Shown here one piece after another: positions 28,801-38,569 of a stretch of 63,769 nt of DNA. How positions within the stretch are numbered: the stretch's first letter is position 1; every line of letters begins with the position of its first letter. The DNA lies in the IMG/VR virus record IMGVR_UViG_3300027819_000012, positions 1-63,769 of that record; one strand, written 5' to 3'. The position numbers and the translations under genes are program-made. The stretch is from a virus (lineage: Duplodnaviria; Caudoviricetes). Below the pieces are notes generated by a model. That model searched no databases, had not been told where the DNA came from, and saw only the letters and a program-made list of their open reading frames with translations.

Positions 28801-31800
28801 TCTGGCGCAGGGCTTCGGCGTTGAGCTTGTACCCCTGCTCGGCTTTGATCTCCTCGCCATCCGGGGTAATCATCTCGCCGCGCTTGAGCCAGCGCTGTGC
28901 CTGATAGACAGGCTCGCTCGTAACCTCGGCTTCCACCTCGGCGCGGACCTCCCTACGCTTGCTCGCCGCTTCCTTTTGCAATTCCTTGAGCGCCCGGCTT
29001 TTGGCATTGGCAAGCCAGCGCATCTCGCGCAGACTGCGCTGTTCCATGTTCTCCACGGCGCGCTCGGTGGCCTCCACGCCGAGCTGCTGGTACTCGGCCC
29101 ACTGCTCGGGCGTCATGCCGGCGGCTTCGGCCGACTTGAAGATCGGCGCGTAGCCGCGCACCTGTTCCATGCCACGGATGGCTTCCTCGCTCGCCAGCAT
29201 CCGGCCCATCACGCCGCGTACTTCGTCGGTGAGCTCCACCTTGAGCGCGGCGAGGGACTTGTAGACGTTGAGCAGCCAGGCGCGGAAGCGTGAGAACAGT
29301 CCCTGGATCTCTACGCTCGGCGCAGCCCCTTCGAACAAGTAGGTCTCGAAACCACGCGCGAACTGCTCGTGATACTGACGCTGCTGATCGAGCGTCATGG
29401 AGCGCCAGGCGTCAGCGTCCTTGACTCCGAACCAGCGTAGCAGCGCGTCCATGTCGGCGCGAATGGCTGCCGGCGCGTCGGGGCGACTCGCTATATTCGC
29501 CGTCAGCTCAAGGAAGTGGTGCCCCGTCTCGTGCAGGAACGTCGAGAGATCGGCGTTCTTGAGCAGCGCGATCGTGTTGCTCTGTGGATTGTAAGCACCG
29601 CGAGTTTGTGATACCGTCCCGTTTGGTTCGGAAGTCTGCTCCAGGGGAGGCTTGGAGCCCGTAAGATCGCCGCCGCCGATACTCCCGGCGGTCTTGTCCG
29701 AACCAATCTCAAACGCCGTCAGCAACCACTTCTTTGTCTCCCCCTGCCAGTCCAGCTTAATGACGACCCGGTGATCGGGCGTTTCAAGCTCCGCGGTATT
29801 GCCTTTGCGCCGGACTTCAGTCGCACTCGCAACCACGCCTTCCAGGGCGTAGAGATCGATCTCCGGGTGCTTGGCGAGAATGTGAGCAAGCCCGTACCCG
29901 TCCGAAAAGTCGCGCGCTGCTGTCCCGGGCTCGCCGTAAATCACATCGATCGCGCCCACGCTCGTGTTGTACAGGGCTGCCTGCGCATCCCCCGACTTGT
30001 TCTGCAGCAGCTCATCGATCGCGTTCTTGAACTCAGGGGACGGCTCGCCGTAGGTGTACTTTCCGTCTTGGCGAAGGATGGTTGAGACATCCAGGTCAAA
30101 CGGTTGGGCGGCAACCCTGAGCGGGTACTGCTCGTACAGCTCGCTCGGTTTCACGCCGAGCTTTTCCGCCGTTGTCACGTAGAAGTCGCGCACGAGCGTT
30201 GCATAGGCTTGGTTCACGTCGGGCACAAACCGATTGGCGGCGGTCAACTGCTCCAGCACCTTGTCGAAAACCTGCTGCCGGTCCGCCTTGAACACCTCGT
30301 CGGTGGCGCGCTCGGCGAGGATTTTTGTCGCCTCGACTTGCAACTGCTCCACTTGCGTCTGGTGGAAAACCTGCGCCTCGCTGTAGGTCATTCCGTTCGG
30401 GTCGGCCTTGAGGTGCGGCAGGATCGCCGCATCCACCGGGCCCCCAGCGATGTGCGTCGCGTAGTCGGCCGTGGGGATGCGCACGGCGCCCTCGGTTTGC
30501 AGCGCTTCGTTGAGCTGAGCGGACACGCCAGGCATGAGTTGCTGCAGCTCACTCAGCCCGACACCCGACTGATTGAACGCATCCACGAGCGTCTTGCCAT
30601 CGATATACACGTCCTGCAAGTGGCCGTCCTCGGTGACCGCCTCAATGAACTGCTTGAAGGCACCGGGATCGCGCTCGCGCAGCTTGCTCGCTGCCGCGGC
30701 CTCACCGAGCTGCTGGAGTTTCGCCATGTCGTCGGCGGCGACGGTTGCTTTGTGACGGCCAGCGGCGATGGCCGCAAAACCGCCACCAGTGATTCCCCCT
30801 ACCACCAATCCCTGCACCATATTCTCGACTACGTCTTGAGCGAGCGATTGGTGGGGATTGACGTTTTCCTGCATAGCAAGGTTCTGTCCCGCTTGCTCCC
30901 CCCCGCTCTGTACCAGCTCTGTCGCCCCCTCCGTCAAAAAGCCCTTACCCGTGCGCGGGAGGAGCTTCCCACCTTCGGCAAATATCTTCCCGAATATCCG
31001 GCCCCCTACGAGGTTGGTGGCCGCGTCAACCGCTCCGGCATACAGCCCCGCTTCTTGCGCGGTCTGCGCAACGATCAGCGCAGTTGCCGCCTCTGGCGTA
31101 TAGCCATTCTTGATCAGATCCTGATACCCGGGCGCGCTTTCAAGTTCAGCGGCAAGCGCTGCCGTCTTGGCTTGATTCTTCTGCTGCGCGTAGCCGGTAG
31201 CGCCTTCGGTGAGCGCGCTGGTCCTGGCCATCGTCGTGGCGGCAGCGCTGATAGCCGCCATACGCGACGCTTCCGGCGTCAACCCCTCGGCGAGTGCTTG
31301 GGCTTCCGCGCGCGTCGCGGCCCCCTTCGTGAAGTAGATGCTCAGCATGAGCGCCGCTGTGGTTGGCAGCGATTGAATAACATCGCCCGCCATTTTCACG
31401 GGCGACAGATAGGCCGCTTCTGAGAAGTCCGTCGTCGCATATTTGAGCCCGCCATAATCGCGCTTCGCCTCGGACGATAACGCCGCCATGTCGTTCTCGG
31501 AACCAGCCTGCTGGCTGTTGGCAAAGCGCGACAAGAACATCGCGGCACTTTGGTTCCGCATGTCGCGAAGTTTCTCGGGTCGGTCCTTGTACAGGACAGC
31601 AGCGTCCTTCTCGCTCAGCGTGAACGGGTTGAGATCATCTGCCAGGGTGGCGACGGCGCCGAGCATCGAATGGACGCCGGACAGCGTAGATGCGCCCAGG
31701 TAGCTGCCTTTGAACGCCGTCGTGATGCGTTCGATCGCGCCCAGGCTTCCCACGTCGTCATGCGCAATTGCGGCACGAGTCGAATCCTGAGCGAGCCACG

Positions 31801-32038
31801 CCTGGAGGCGCGCGTTCTGATCCACGATAAGCTTCGCGTCGTCCAGCTTCGCCCGGTTGGCGAACTCATCCGGCGACTCCTGCACCACGGAGAGTGGCAG
31901 CCGGTAACGCTGCGCGAGCGCCGTTTGCTGCGCGACGCGATCGGGGTTCGCCTCGACGCCAAAGCGCAGCGCAAGCCCCGCTGCGCCCTTGCGCCGCTGT
32001 TCTTCCGCGTCGTCGGTGAAATCGTCGAAAGCGCCCAT
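25883..32038 (-). CDS. Large internal virion (ejection) protein, polyvalent: PBECR-like nuclease plus HExxH peptidase
   Basis: 2051 aa in gp16-like position; GYGLAHILAKH...WLLTAFE and ADLSTFLHETGH motifs. Confidence 0.8.
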   Translation of the reverse strand: MGAFDDFTDDAEEQRRKGAAGLALRFGVEANPDRVAQQTALAQRYRLPLSVVQESPDEFANRAKLDDAKLIVDQNARLQAWLAQDSTRAAIAHDDVGSLGAIERITTAFKGSYLGASTLSGVHSMLGAVATLADDLNPFTLSEKDAAVLYKDRPEKLRDMRNQSAAMFLSRFANSQQAGSENDMAALSSEAKRDYGGLKYATTDFSEAAYLSPVKMAGDVIQSLPTTAALMLSIYFTKGAATRAEAQALAEGLTPEASRMAAISAAATTMARTSALTEGATGYAQQKNQAKTAALAAELESAPGYQDLIKNGYTPEAATALIVAQTAQEAGLYAGAVDAATNLVGGRIFGKIFAEGGKLLPRTGKGFLTEGATELVQSGGEQAGQNLAMQENVNPHQSLAQDVVENMVQGLVVGGITGGGFAAIAAGRHKATVAADDMAKLQQLGEAAAASKLRERDPGAFKQFIEAVTEDGHLQDVYIDGKTLVDAFNQSGVGLSELQQLMPGVSAQLNEALQTEGAVRIPTADYATHIAGGPVDAAILPHLKADPNGMTYSEAQVFHQTQVEQLQVEATKILAERATDEVFKADRQQVFDKVLEQLTAANRFVPDVNQAYATLVRDFYVTTAEKLGVKPSELYEQYPLRVAAQPFDLDVSTILRQDGKYTYGEPSPEFKNAIDELLQNKSGDAQAALYNTSVGAIDVIYGEPGTAARDFSDGYGLAHILAKHPEIDLYALEGVVASATEVRRKGNTAELETPDHRVVIKLDWQGETKKWLLTAFEIGSDKTAGSIGGGDLTGSKPPLEQTSEPNGTVSQTRGAYNPQSNTIALLKNADLSTFLHETGHHFLELTANIASRPDAPAAIRADMDALLRWFGVKDADAWRSMTLDQQRQYHEQFARGFETYLFEGAAPSVEIQGLFSRFRAWLLNVYKSLAALKVELTDEVRGVMGRMLASEEAIRGMEQVRGYAPIFKSAEAAGMTPEQWAEYQQLGVEATERAVENMEQRSLREMRWLANAKSRALKELQKEAASKRREVRAEVEAEVTSEPVYQAQRWLKRGEMITPDGEEIKAEQGYKLNAEALRQMYPEGSLARPDIGALHGMVGRDGMHPDAVAEIFGFSSGDALVRSILDAESVRDKIEGLTDQRMLERYGELSDPQAIERAAEASIHNEARARFVATELKALTRAQAPARAIAEAARVAAETAIAAKRVRDVRPAQYTAAEAKAARNADKALAADDVQTAAIEKRAQLLNNRLARAAGAALEEVRKGIEYLKGFEASRKTLDADYADQIDGLLERFDLRKRSLKEIDKRATLAAWLESQREMGFEPDIPQTLENEAFRQHYKNLTVEQFRGLVDTVRQIEHLGRLKHKLLTARDQRAYEAVRDEIAASIEANARGRAADTRTPTTATGRAMQGLKRFWAAHRKAAMLARQLDGEKDGGPMWEYFVRSANERGDMEATLRADATRQISGILAPVFELGRMGGSGQAFPGIERSLNREARLAIALNTGNEGNLQRLLGGEGWTVAQIQPVLNTLTAAEWQAVQAIWDHFETYRPQIAAKERRVYGKEPAWVAPTPFTVRTADGQSVSLRGGYYPIKYDPAASQRAEEHADAEGAKRQLQGAYTSATTRRSFTKARAEEVTGRPLLYSLAGLYSGVNDVIHDLAWHEWLIDANRLMRSQTIDGAIREHYGPEVKTQFKTWIADVAEGERGAANAGEAALSRLRQGVSAAGLGFNVMNALMQPLGVTQSIVRVGAKWMGRGIAHYIAHPIDATREANEKSDFMANRARTRFRELNELRNKVQDETAAGAAIKGGIYFLMMRFQQAVDVPTWWGAYEKAVSEGNEDSRAIALADQAVIDSQGGGMLKDLSAIERGGSAQKLFTVFYSFMNTAFNLGVNAVMSPASRGKKAADLLMIGVVPPMLAFALKQAITPGGDDDWDMEKLARELLAAQIDYLMGLMVIVREFAEAGKQLTGANDFGRDYTGPAGVRLAADSVSLAKQAHQGEFDDAFRKAAINVVGDMFGLPSAQANRTVTGVNALVEGETSNPAAILFGYRKPH

Positions 32039-34224
32039 TACCGGATCACCCCTGCGTCGATGGCGCGCTGGTAGGTGCGCTCAACTTCACCTTTGCTCGG
32101 CTCTCGCCCCTTGGCGCGAATACCGGCCTCGATCGTGCTTCGATGCTGCGCCGGGATGTCGCCGTAGCGCGTCACGATGAACGGGTATTTCTGCTGCTCT
32201 GGTGTGACCTGGTAGCGCCGTTCCTTGGTATCGAAAAAGATGCCGCTGCCCTGCAGCCAGCCCTGCTTGAGCTGATCCAGGCCGATTTTGCGCGCATCCT
32301 CGAATGAGAGCGGTGCGCCCTTCGCCTGCTGCGCTTGATCGAGCGCCTGCAGCAGCGAGGTCTTGAACTGCGCCAGATCCCGGGCGGGCGCGCTGCCCTC
32401 CTTCGGCGTCGTATCGATGCCAGCCGCCTTCATGTCGGCATCCACCGCCTTGAGCGCCATCGCGAAGGTCTTTTGCTGCGCCATGGCCTTCAGATCGTTC
32501 TTGCTGATCCCGCCCTGCAGCTCCACCAGGTGCTTCCAGTCTGCAGGCGCGAGCCTGTCGCGCGAGGCGAGCAAGTCGATCTTGGCGAACTGGCCGGGGT
32601 CTTCCGCCGCCATTCGGCGTAGACCGTAGTAGACCGTGGGATCGGTTTCAGCATCGCCCTTGCGGATAGCTTTGGCGAACCGAAGCACGTCATCCAGCTT
32701 GCCGGGTGCGTCCTGCGCAATGGCGGCTTTGAGATTGGGGTCGAGAGCGTTGTAGTCGCCACCATTCGCGATCAGCGCATGCAGTCCTCGCTTCATGGTC
32801 TGATCGCGGCGTTCGCCGATCGACTTGGTAATCAAGTTGTACTGGTGCTCGGCCGCTTCGCGGGTGAGCTTCACTTGCTCGGGCCGCGGGCTCGGACCCA
32901 GACGATCAAGGGCGTTCTGTACAAATTCCATGATCGTCGCTGCGGGTGCGGCGCCCGCGCCTGTGCCGAGCTTCGACACACCGTTGCGCACGTAGCTTTG
33001 CGTCTCCTTGGGCAGGTAGGCGAGCCACGTCTCGGGCGCGCCTGCGGCCTGAGCCTGTTTGAGGGCCGCATCCGTGACATCCGGCCCGGCGTTGTAAGCA
33101 GCCATCGCTTGAGCGGTGCTGCCGTACTTGCGCACCATAGCATCGAGGTACTGCTCACCGACGCGGTTGTACTCCGCTGCGCTGTCGTCGCGCGCGGGCC
33201 GAATCCCAAAGCCCGGATTCTTCGCGGTGTCGGGCATGACCTGCATGCGGTACTTCGCGCCCTTCGGGGACATGAGCGGCGCGCCATCGGCACCGTAGTC
33301 CTTGCCATTGCTCTCCATGCCCGCCACGATGCCCTTGAGCCGATCCGTGTCAGTGGGCTCGAAGCGCGGCGCGAACTCCTGCACGGCCGCTTGCACGGCA
33401 GTCTGGGATATGCGCGCATCCAGATCGCGATTGAGGGCGCCGTTGACCTTGAGGATATCGTCGGCCGTCATCCCCTCCTTGTAGCGCTGCAGGTACTGGT
33501 GCGCGTAGGTCGGATTGTTGTTCTGAAGCGCAGCGTCGATCACACCGAGGTGGACGTGGCTGCTGGCGATCTTCCTCTTGGCGAGAATCTCGGTGGCGGA
33601 ATCCCCCTGCAACTGCCCGGCGCGCACCACAGCGGCGTCCGCATCCTGCAGCGCGGTATCGATCTTGAGCGGATCGTTCCAATTGCGCTTCGCTTCGTCC
33701 GCAGCGACTTTCAGAGCACCGTCCTGCGCCGAGAGGCTGTAGTGTTTCCATTCCTGGTAGACATGCTGCTCGATGCCCCCACGGAACGAAGCCAGGGTGT
33801 CCCCCGCGCGCAGCATGAATTGGCGCCGCTGCTCGTCGTTGTCGAGTTTGCCGGACAGGTCGCTGATCGTTTGTTGCAGCTTCTGGCCGTACTCATCCGC
33901 CAGGGACATGCCGTTCTCGCGCTTCAGGGCGCTGTACCCTTTCTGCGTCAGGTAGCCTGTCTGAGGATCGAACGCGAGGCTTTGCGCTATTTCGCTGAGT
34001 TGATTCCTGGAATCCGTGACCCGCGAGGTGTTCACGTCCTGCTGCATGCGCGTAGCAATCTCCAGCGCAGCGTTGCCCAGCCCGAGCATGGCGCGGCCCG
34101 ACTGCTCGAGCTGGCGGCCGGGGATCGCCGCCAGGTCCGGGGAATCGACGCTCGTGTCGGCGCGCCCCGGAACGAGCACGCTCGCGTCGGCGCGGACGAA
34201 GGGCAGTTCAGGAACGCGGGGCAT
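32038..34224 (-). CDS. Internal virion protein with SLT transglycosylase domain
   Basis: MESNG, MQVMPDT, AAYNAGP and KETQSYV motifs. Confidence 0.85.
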   Translation of the reverse strand: MPRVPELPFVRADASVLVPGRADTSVDSPDLAAIPGRQLEQSGRAMLGLGNAALEIATRMQQDVNTSRVTDSRNQLSEIAQSLAFDPQTGYLTQKGYSALKRENGMSLADEYGQKLQQTISDLSGKLDNDEQRRQFMLRAGDTLASFRGGIEQHVYQEWKHYSLSAQDGALKVAADEAKRNWNDPLKIDTALQDADAAVVRAGQLQGDSATEILAKRKIASSHVHLGVIDAALQNNNPTYAHQYLQRYKEGMTADDILKVNGALNRDLDARISQTAVQAAVQEFAPRFEPTDTDRLKGIVAGMESNGKDYGADGAPLMSPKGAKYRMQVMPDTAKNPGFGIRPARDDSAAEYNRVGEQYLDAMVRKYGSTAQAMAAYNAGPDVTDAALKQAQAAGAPETWLAYLPKETQSYVRNGVSKLGTGAGAAPAATIMEFVQNALDRLGPSPRPEQVKLTREAAEHQYNLITKSIGERRDQTMKRGLHALIANGGDYNALDPNLKAAIAQDAPGKLDDVLRFAKAIRKGDAETDPTVYYGLRRMAAEDPGQFAKIDLLASRDRLAPADWKHLVELQGGISKNDLKAMAQQKTFAMALKAVDADMKAAGIDTTPKEGSAPARDLAQFKTSLLQALDQAQQAKGAPLSFEDARKIGLDQLKQGWLQGSGIFFDTKERRYQVTPEQQKYPFIVTRYGDIPAQHRSTIEAGIRAKGREPSKGEVERTYQRAIDAGVIR

Positions 34225-34225
34225 G

Positions 34226-35398
34226 CTATTTCACCTTGCCGTTGGCTTTGCTGTACATGTACCAGTTCCCCGCCACCTGGCCGAGACCGGAGAGCAGCGT
34301 CGTGTTGAACGCCGTCGACGGGCTGATTCCTGCCGCCATGGCGCGCTTCACGCCCGCCGCGGCGTTGGCGTTGATCTGCAGCACCTTGGCGTTGGTACGC
34401 TTCATTTCCGCAGCGGCTTCCGCATTCGAGAGGTTGGCTGCCGCGATGGTCTGCCCGGTTCTCGCCGCAGCTTCCGCGTTCGACAGATTGGCCCCCGCGA
34501 TCACTCGACCCGTGTTCGCTGTCGCCTCTGCGTTCAGCAGTCCGGCCAAGGCGAGCGCGCGCTTTGCATCCGCCGCCGCGTTGGCGTTCGCGAGCAACGC
34601 GTCCGCCCGGATATTCGTAAGTCCCGTCTCCAGATTGACGTTGCTGCGTGCCATCGCGGCCTGCATGCGCTTCGTGGTCGCTTCGAGCCGAGTGTTCGCC
34701 TCCTGCATGCGGTAACCGAAGGCAGCCTGGAGCGCTTTTTGCTGGATCATGATGGCCGCGTTCTCGCCCATCACGTCGGTGCCGGTGAGCACGTTGAGGG
34801 GCGAGCCTTCGCCCAGGTCCACGCCGCGCGCCGCCATGCTGGCCGTCTGGCGGCTCTTGACCTGCGCCGTCTGCAGACGGGCCTGCTGCTCTTCGCGCTG
34901 GCCCTGCAGGAGCGAGCTTTGCGCCTGCATCTCCTGGATGCGGGCATTGTTGTCGGCGATGACGGCGCCAGCCTCCAGGCCGGCGATGGCCGGTTGCGCC
35001 CGAGCAGCGCTCAGGGCAGCGTTGCTGCGCAGGGTGAGCGCGGATTCCTCGGCGCCCAGCACGTCAAGCCCCGCCTGCATCGTGATGGTGTTGAAGGTCG
35101 CTTTGGCGTTGATCAGCCCGAGGCTCGCCTGCGCGTCCATGCTGGATGCCACCGCGCGCGCGTTGAGCATGTCGAGATTGGCCTGCGCGTCGAGGCTGGA
35201 AGCTGCCGACCGGGCGTTGATCGTATCGAGATTGGCCTGCGCGTCGAGGCTGGAAGCTGCCGACCTGGCGTTGATGACATCGAGCTGGGCTTGGGAGTCG
35301 AGTGCGAACTTCTGGCCTTGCGCGGCCGAGCGCGCGCCGACGGCCGAGCTGAGGGCACCAGCGGCTTGGATTCCGGCTACCACTGAGCTGAAACTCAT
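34226..35398 (-). CDS. Internal virion protein (gp14-like) with 18-aa repeats
   Basis: Ala-rich helical; AARGVDLGEGSP core; 54-bp repeats. Confidence 0.75.
   Translation of the reverse strand: MSFSSVVAGIQAAGALSSAVGARSAAQGQKFALDSQAQLDVINARSAASSLDAQANLDTINARSAASSLDAQANLDMLNARAVASSMDAQASLGLINAKATFNTITMQAGLDVLGAEESALTLRSNAALSAARAQPAIAGLEAGAVIADNNARIQEMQAQSSLLQGQREEQQARLQTAQVKSRQTASMAARGVDLGEGSPLNVLTGTDVMGENAAIMIQQKALQAAFGYRMQEANTRLEATTKRMQAAMARSNVNLETGLTNIRADALLANANAAADAKRALALAGLLNAEATANTGRVIAGANLSNAEAAARTGQTIAAANLSNAEAAAEMKRTNAKVLQINANAAAGVKRAMAAGISPSTAFNTTLLSGLGQVAGNWYMYSKANGKVK
35172..35265. repeat. 54-bp-period in-frame direct repeat
   Basis: 40 identical bp at 35172-35211 and 35226-35265. 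Confidence 0.85.
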
Positions 35399-35402
35399 GC
35401 GC

Positions 35403-37712
35403 CTATCCCCCTACCGTCACTTCAAACGACATGCCAGTCACCGTGAGCAGCAACGGGTCGGCCTGACGCACGACAACAGAGCCGTTCGCCCCCCATGAGG
35501 GCGAAATATCGATCTTGATCTCATCGGTCTTAAGTGCCGGAGGCGCGCCGTAGGGCTCCGAGGTGCGCTGCTTGACTTCGGTCAGCTTGTCGGTGCTCGG
35601 TCCGACGAAAATCCCTGAGCTGCGATACACGCGCAGCCAGGCGCGGTCCACGTTCTTGGGCCGGCCCTGACCATACCCCTGCACCTCGAACGCAAGCGGC
35701 AGCGTTTCCAGGTCCGCAGTGATCGGCAATCCAATCTGCGCCACACTCACGGCTTGCGGCAGCGTGATACCGCCACTGGTCACGACAGCTTGCGGCATTA
35801 CGGCGCCATCGCCCAGGATGCTCACTGTCTTGCCTTCCAGGTGATCGAGCCCGGATATCGTCGTCGCCGACAGGCTCCAGTCGCCCGACGCGATCACGCT
35901 GGTAGAGGGGAAAGCGGAGATGATGGTCGCTGTTACTACGGTTGCTGACGTGTAGCCGGTGATCTCGGCGATTGCGTTGGCGTACACGCCCGTCCTGTCG
36001 CCAAACTCGTCCGTCAGTTCGTAGCGGTAGCGAATGAAGCGCCCCACGTCGCCAGCAGCGAACGAAGCGGCGCCAGCGGTGAAGGTAACGCCAGTCGTGC
36101 CCGCTACGGTCGTCCCTGCCCCCGGAGTCAGGGTCTGTGCCACGGCTCCCGAGAATGTCAGCCCGCAATCGACGAAGAAGGCGTCCTCCGGGTCGGTGAA
36201 AGCCCGGCTGTGCAGGCACTCCACGTAGCGCTTTGATGCGCCGTTGATTGTTCGCCGCACGATCACGTAGAGCACGTCCTCCTGCCCCTCAGCCACCACG
36301 GTGCAGGACTCGAATACGCCGTTGGTGTCGTGCCGATGCCAGGCGCCGATCTGCTGCTCGGGGATGTATGTCAGCCCCAGCAGCTTGCCGCTGCTCGATA
36401 CCGCCCACACGATGGGATACGGGGCCTTGGCGTAGGCCATGTCGACGACGTTGTAGCCATCGAACAAGTGCGGCGCGCGCAACGACAGGTCCCCCGTGAC
36501 GTAGCCGTTGGCCTGCCAGGCATAGGCCATTTCCCTCACATGGCCGCCACGGGCGGCGCAATAGATGACGTTGTTGCTGATGACGACCGGGTTGACGTTG
36601 CTCGCGCCTACGTAGGACTGCGGCTTCACGGAAATGGTGGACGGCGTGATCGCGTCCGAATTGACAGAAGTCACCCGCCACTCCGCGCCGCTAGTGAGCA
36701 GTAGTAGATCCACCAACGGCACGATATGCCGGATGGTGTTCGCCTCCCGCGCAGCCACGCGGAACTGGATCGAGTCGTCATCGCGCGTGGGCAGCGCGTA
36801 GTTCATGTTCGACTCGGTGCCGCTCTTGGTCATCCAGATGTTCTGCGGCTTGTTGAGCGTCCCGGCGAAACAGCGCCGTTGCTCGAAGTAGCTCGCTGCA
36901 CCAGGATAGTCGTTCGCCCCGGGGAACGGATTAGTCGCCACGGGCGGGGTGCGCGACATGTCCGCCGCGATGTTGTCGTCGATGAAGGAGAGCTGATCGG
37001 TCTGCCCGATGTAGCCGTAAAGACCGCCCGAGAACTTGTACACGTAGTAGCGCACCGCCCCCGTCGCCGCACTCCAGGCGACCGTGTTGTAATTGCCCGT
37101 GGTGAACAGGTTGTTATTACAATTCGCACTCGAGGACGCAGCAGATTCGTCTGTCCCCAGCGTACCCACCGAAGTCACCACGTACTTGTAGTTCGTCGTA
37201 CCGGTTCCTGTCGGCGTCGCCGTAACTCCCGTTGGCGCGACTTGCCCCGAGGCGAACGAGATGGTCGTCAGCGTCCAATTGGTTGCGCCCAGGCGGCGCA
37301 GCTCCTTGGGCGGGTAATTCGGATGCACCAGGGTGAGCACGTCCGCCGACTGCACGAAATGGATGTCGAACAGATCCGCTTCCGCGTAGGTATTCGCCAC
37401 TTCGTACGGCACGCCGGCGCTGAGCAACGTTGCGCCCTGCGTGTGGAAGCGGAAGTACCCCGCGCCCAGCTCGATCGCCATCGTCTGCGTGGTCGAGTAA
37501 GTGAAGGGGATAATCCGCGTCGCCTTGGTGGAGTCCTTGACTTCGCGCACGAATAAAGTGCCCGCTCGGTTCTCCACCGGGCCCTGCGGCTTGCAGATGA
37601 AATTGCGACACGTCGCAAGGCCGGTCTGATACTTGATATCGTCGATACGGCTCCAGAATTCCGGGGTGACCTCACCCCCGGCGAACGAACGTTGCAGGGT
37701 GCGGATGCTCAT
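35403..37712 (-). CDS. Tail tubular protein B (nozzle)
   Basis: QRSFAGGEVTP N-terminus, 769 aa, podovirus gene order. Confidence 0.88.
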   Translation of the reverse strand: MSIRTLQRSFAGGEVTPEFWSRIDDIKYQTGLATCRNFICKPQGPVENRAGTLFVREVKDSTKATRIIPFTYSTTQTMAIELGAGYFRFHTQGATLLSAGVPYEVANTYAEADLFDIHFVQSADVLTLVHPNYPPKELRRLGATNWTLTTISFASGQVAPTGVTATPTGTGTTNYKYVVTSVGTLGTDESAASSSANCNNNLFTTGNYNTVAWSAATGAVRYYVYKFSGGLYGYIGQTDQLSFIDDNIAADMSRTPPVATNPFPGANDYPGAASYFEQRRCFAGTLNKPQNIWMTKSGTESNMNYALPTRDDDSIQFRVAAREANTIRHIVPLVDLLLLTSGAEWRVTSVNSDAITPSTISVKPQSYVGASNVNPVVISNNVIYCAARGGHVREMAYAWQANGYVTGDLSLRAPHLFDGYNVVDMAYAKAPYPIVWAVSSSGKLLGLTYIPEQQIGAWHRHDTNGVFESCTVVAEGQEDVLYVIVRRTINGASKRYVECLHSRAFTDPEDAFFVDCGLTFSGAVAQTLTPGAGTTVAGTTGVTFTAGAASFAAGDVGRFIRYRYELTDEFGDRTGVYANAIAEITGYTSATVVTATIISAFPSTSVIASGDWSLSATTISGLDHLEGKTVSILGDGAVMPQAVVTSGGITLPQAVSVAQIGLPITADLETLPLAFEVQGYGQGRPKNVDRAWLRVYRSSGIFVGPSTDKLTEVKQRTSEPYGAPPALKTDEIKIDISPSWGANGSVVVRQADPLLLTVTGMSFEVTVGG

Positions 37713-38317
37713 CGCCCCGCGATCCAGGCAACGTTATGCGTCGGTGCTACGCGGCGCTGCGCCGCATCGGATGCGGTGGCTTGCGCCATCTTCACCTCGA
37801 ACGCCTTGTAGCACTGGATCGCCATCTTGGCGCCCGCATCGCCTTTGAGAATCGGCCCCGCAAGGTGCGACGCCAGCAGCCAGCTCAGCGCCTCGACGAA
37901 GAGCGGCTGGAAGCGCGACGTGTCGGTGACGTGGATGGTGTAGCGGCACACCGCCGACACCACGTTGGTGTAGATGACGCTGGCGCCATCGGTCAGCGTC
38001 TCGATCTCGAAGGGCTGAGGATCGAAGTCGTCCGCGGCACCTGGCTGGAACACGCTCAAGATGTTGATCGCTGCCGAGGGCGGCGCGTAGGCGTAGAGCC
38101 ATCCGCTGACTGGTGCTGCCGCGAGCAGCGACAACGCAGCGCGCGTGGTGCAGAACCCCCAGTTGTGCAGGTCCAGCATCGCGTCGCGCGCAATCGGGTA
38201 GAAGCGCGCGCAGTGCTCGGCTTGCGCGCTGCCTTCCGGCGGGTTAATGCTCGCCACGGTTGCATCGTCGCCGAGCCGAGCCAGCGCCAGATTGCAAATA
38301 TCGACTTCAGTTGCCAT
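37709..38317 (-). CDS. Tail tubular protein A (adaptor)
   Basis: VDICNLALARLG...HNWGF...WLYAYAPP. Confidence 0.88.
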   Translation of the reverse strand: MATEVDICNLALARLGDDATVASINPPEGSAQAEHCARFYPIARDAMLDLHNWGFCTTRAALSLLAAAPVSGWLYAYAPPSAAINILSVFQPGAADDFDPQPFEIETLTDGASVIYTNVVSAVCRYTIHVTDTSRFQPLFVEALSWLLASHLAGPILKGDAGAKMAIQCYKAFEVKMAQATASDAAQRRVAPTHNVAWIAGR

Positions 38318-38328
38318 CGTCGCGTCCT

Positions 38329-38355
38329 AAAAAACAGGGGGCGCGAAGCCCCCTG
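38329..38355 (-). terminator. Rho-independent terminator after capsid genes
   Basis: CAGGGGG-loop-CCCCCTG followed by a T run on the minus strand. Confidence 0.8.
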
Positions 38356-38383
38356 AACCCGTCGCCACCAGGAGGAACTGCGC

Positions 38384-38554
38384 TCAGGTAAGGTCGCGGC
38401 CCGTTGCCGATTCCCCCTCTTTTTCCGGCTTCTTGTTTCCCTTCACCGGTTCGAGGTTCTTGCTCGGCTTGCCCTCGTACTCGACGATGGCGCCCGGCTG
38501 GTGGAGTTGCGACCCGTCCCAGAACGGGATTTCTTTCACGATGTGCTTTGCCAT
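38384..38554 (-). CDS. Small hypothetical protein (56 aa)
   Basis: Manual translation MAKHIVKEIPFWDGSQLHQPGAIVEYEGKPSKNLEPVK...; GGAG RBS; below track cutoff. Confidence 0.7.
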   Translation of the reverse strand: MAKHIVKEIPFWDGSQLHQPGAIVEYEGKPSKNLEPVKGNKKPEKEGESATGRDLT

Positions 38555-38569
38555 GGGTCAAGACTCCGA

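Noticed and set aside
21293-32038. Diversity-generating retroelement as in BPP-1
   Set aside because: No reverse transcriptase motifs and no TR/VR pair seen
38307-38561. Track ORF of 84 aa
   Set aside because: It crosses the terminator; the 38384-38554 frame has an RBS and fits better
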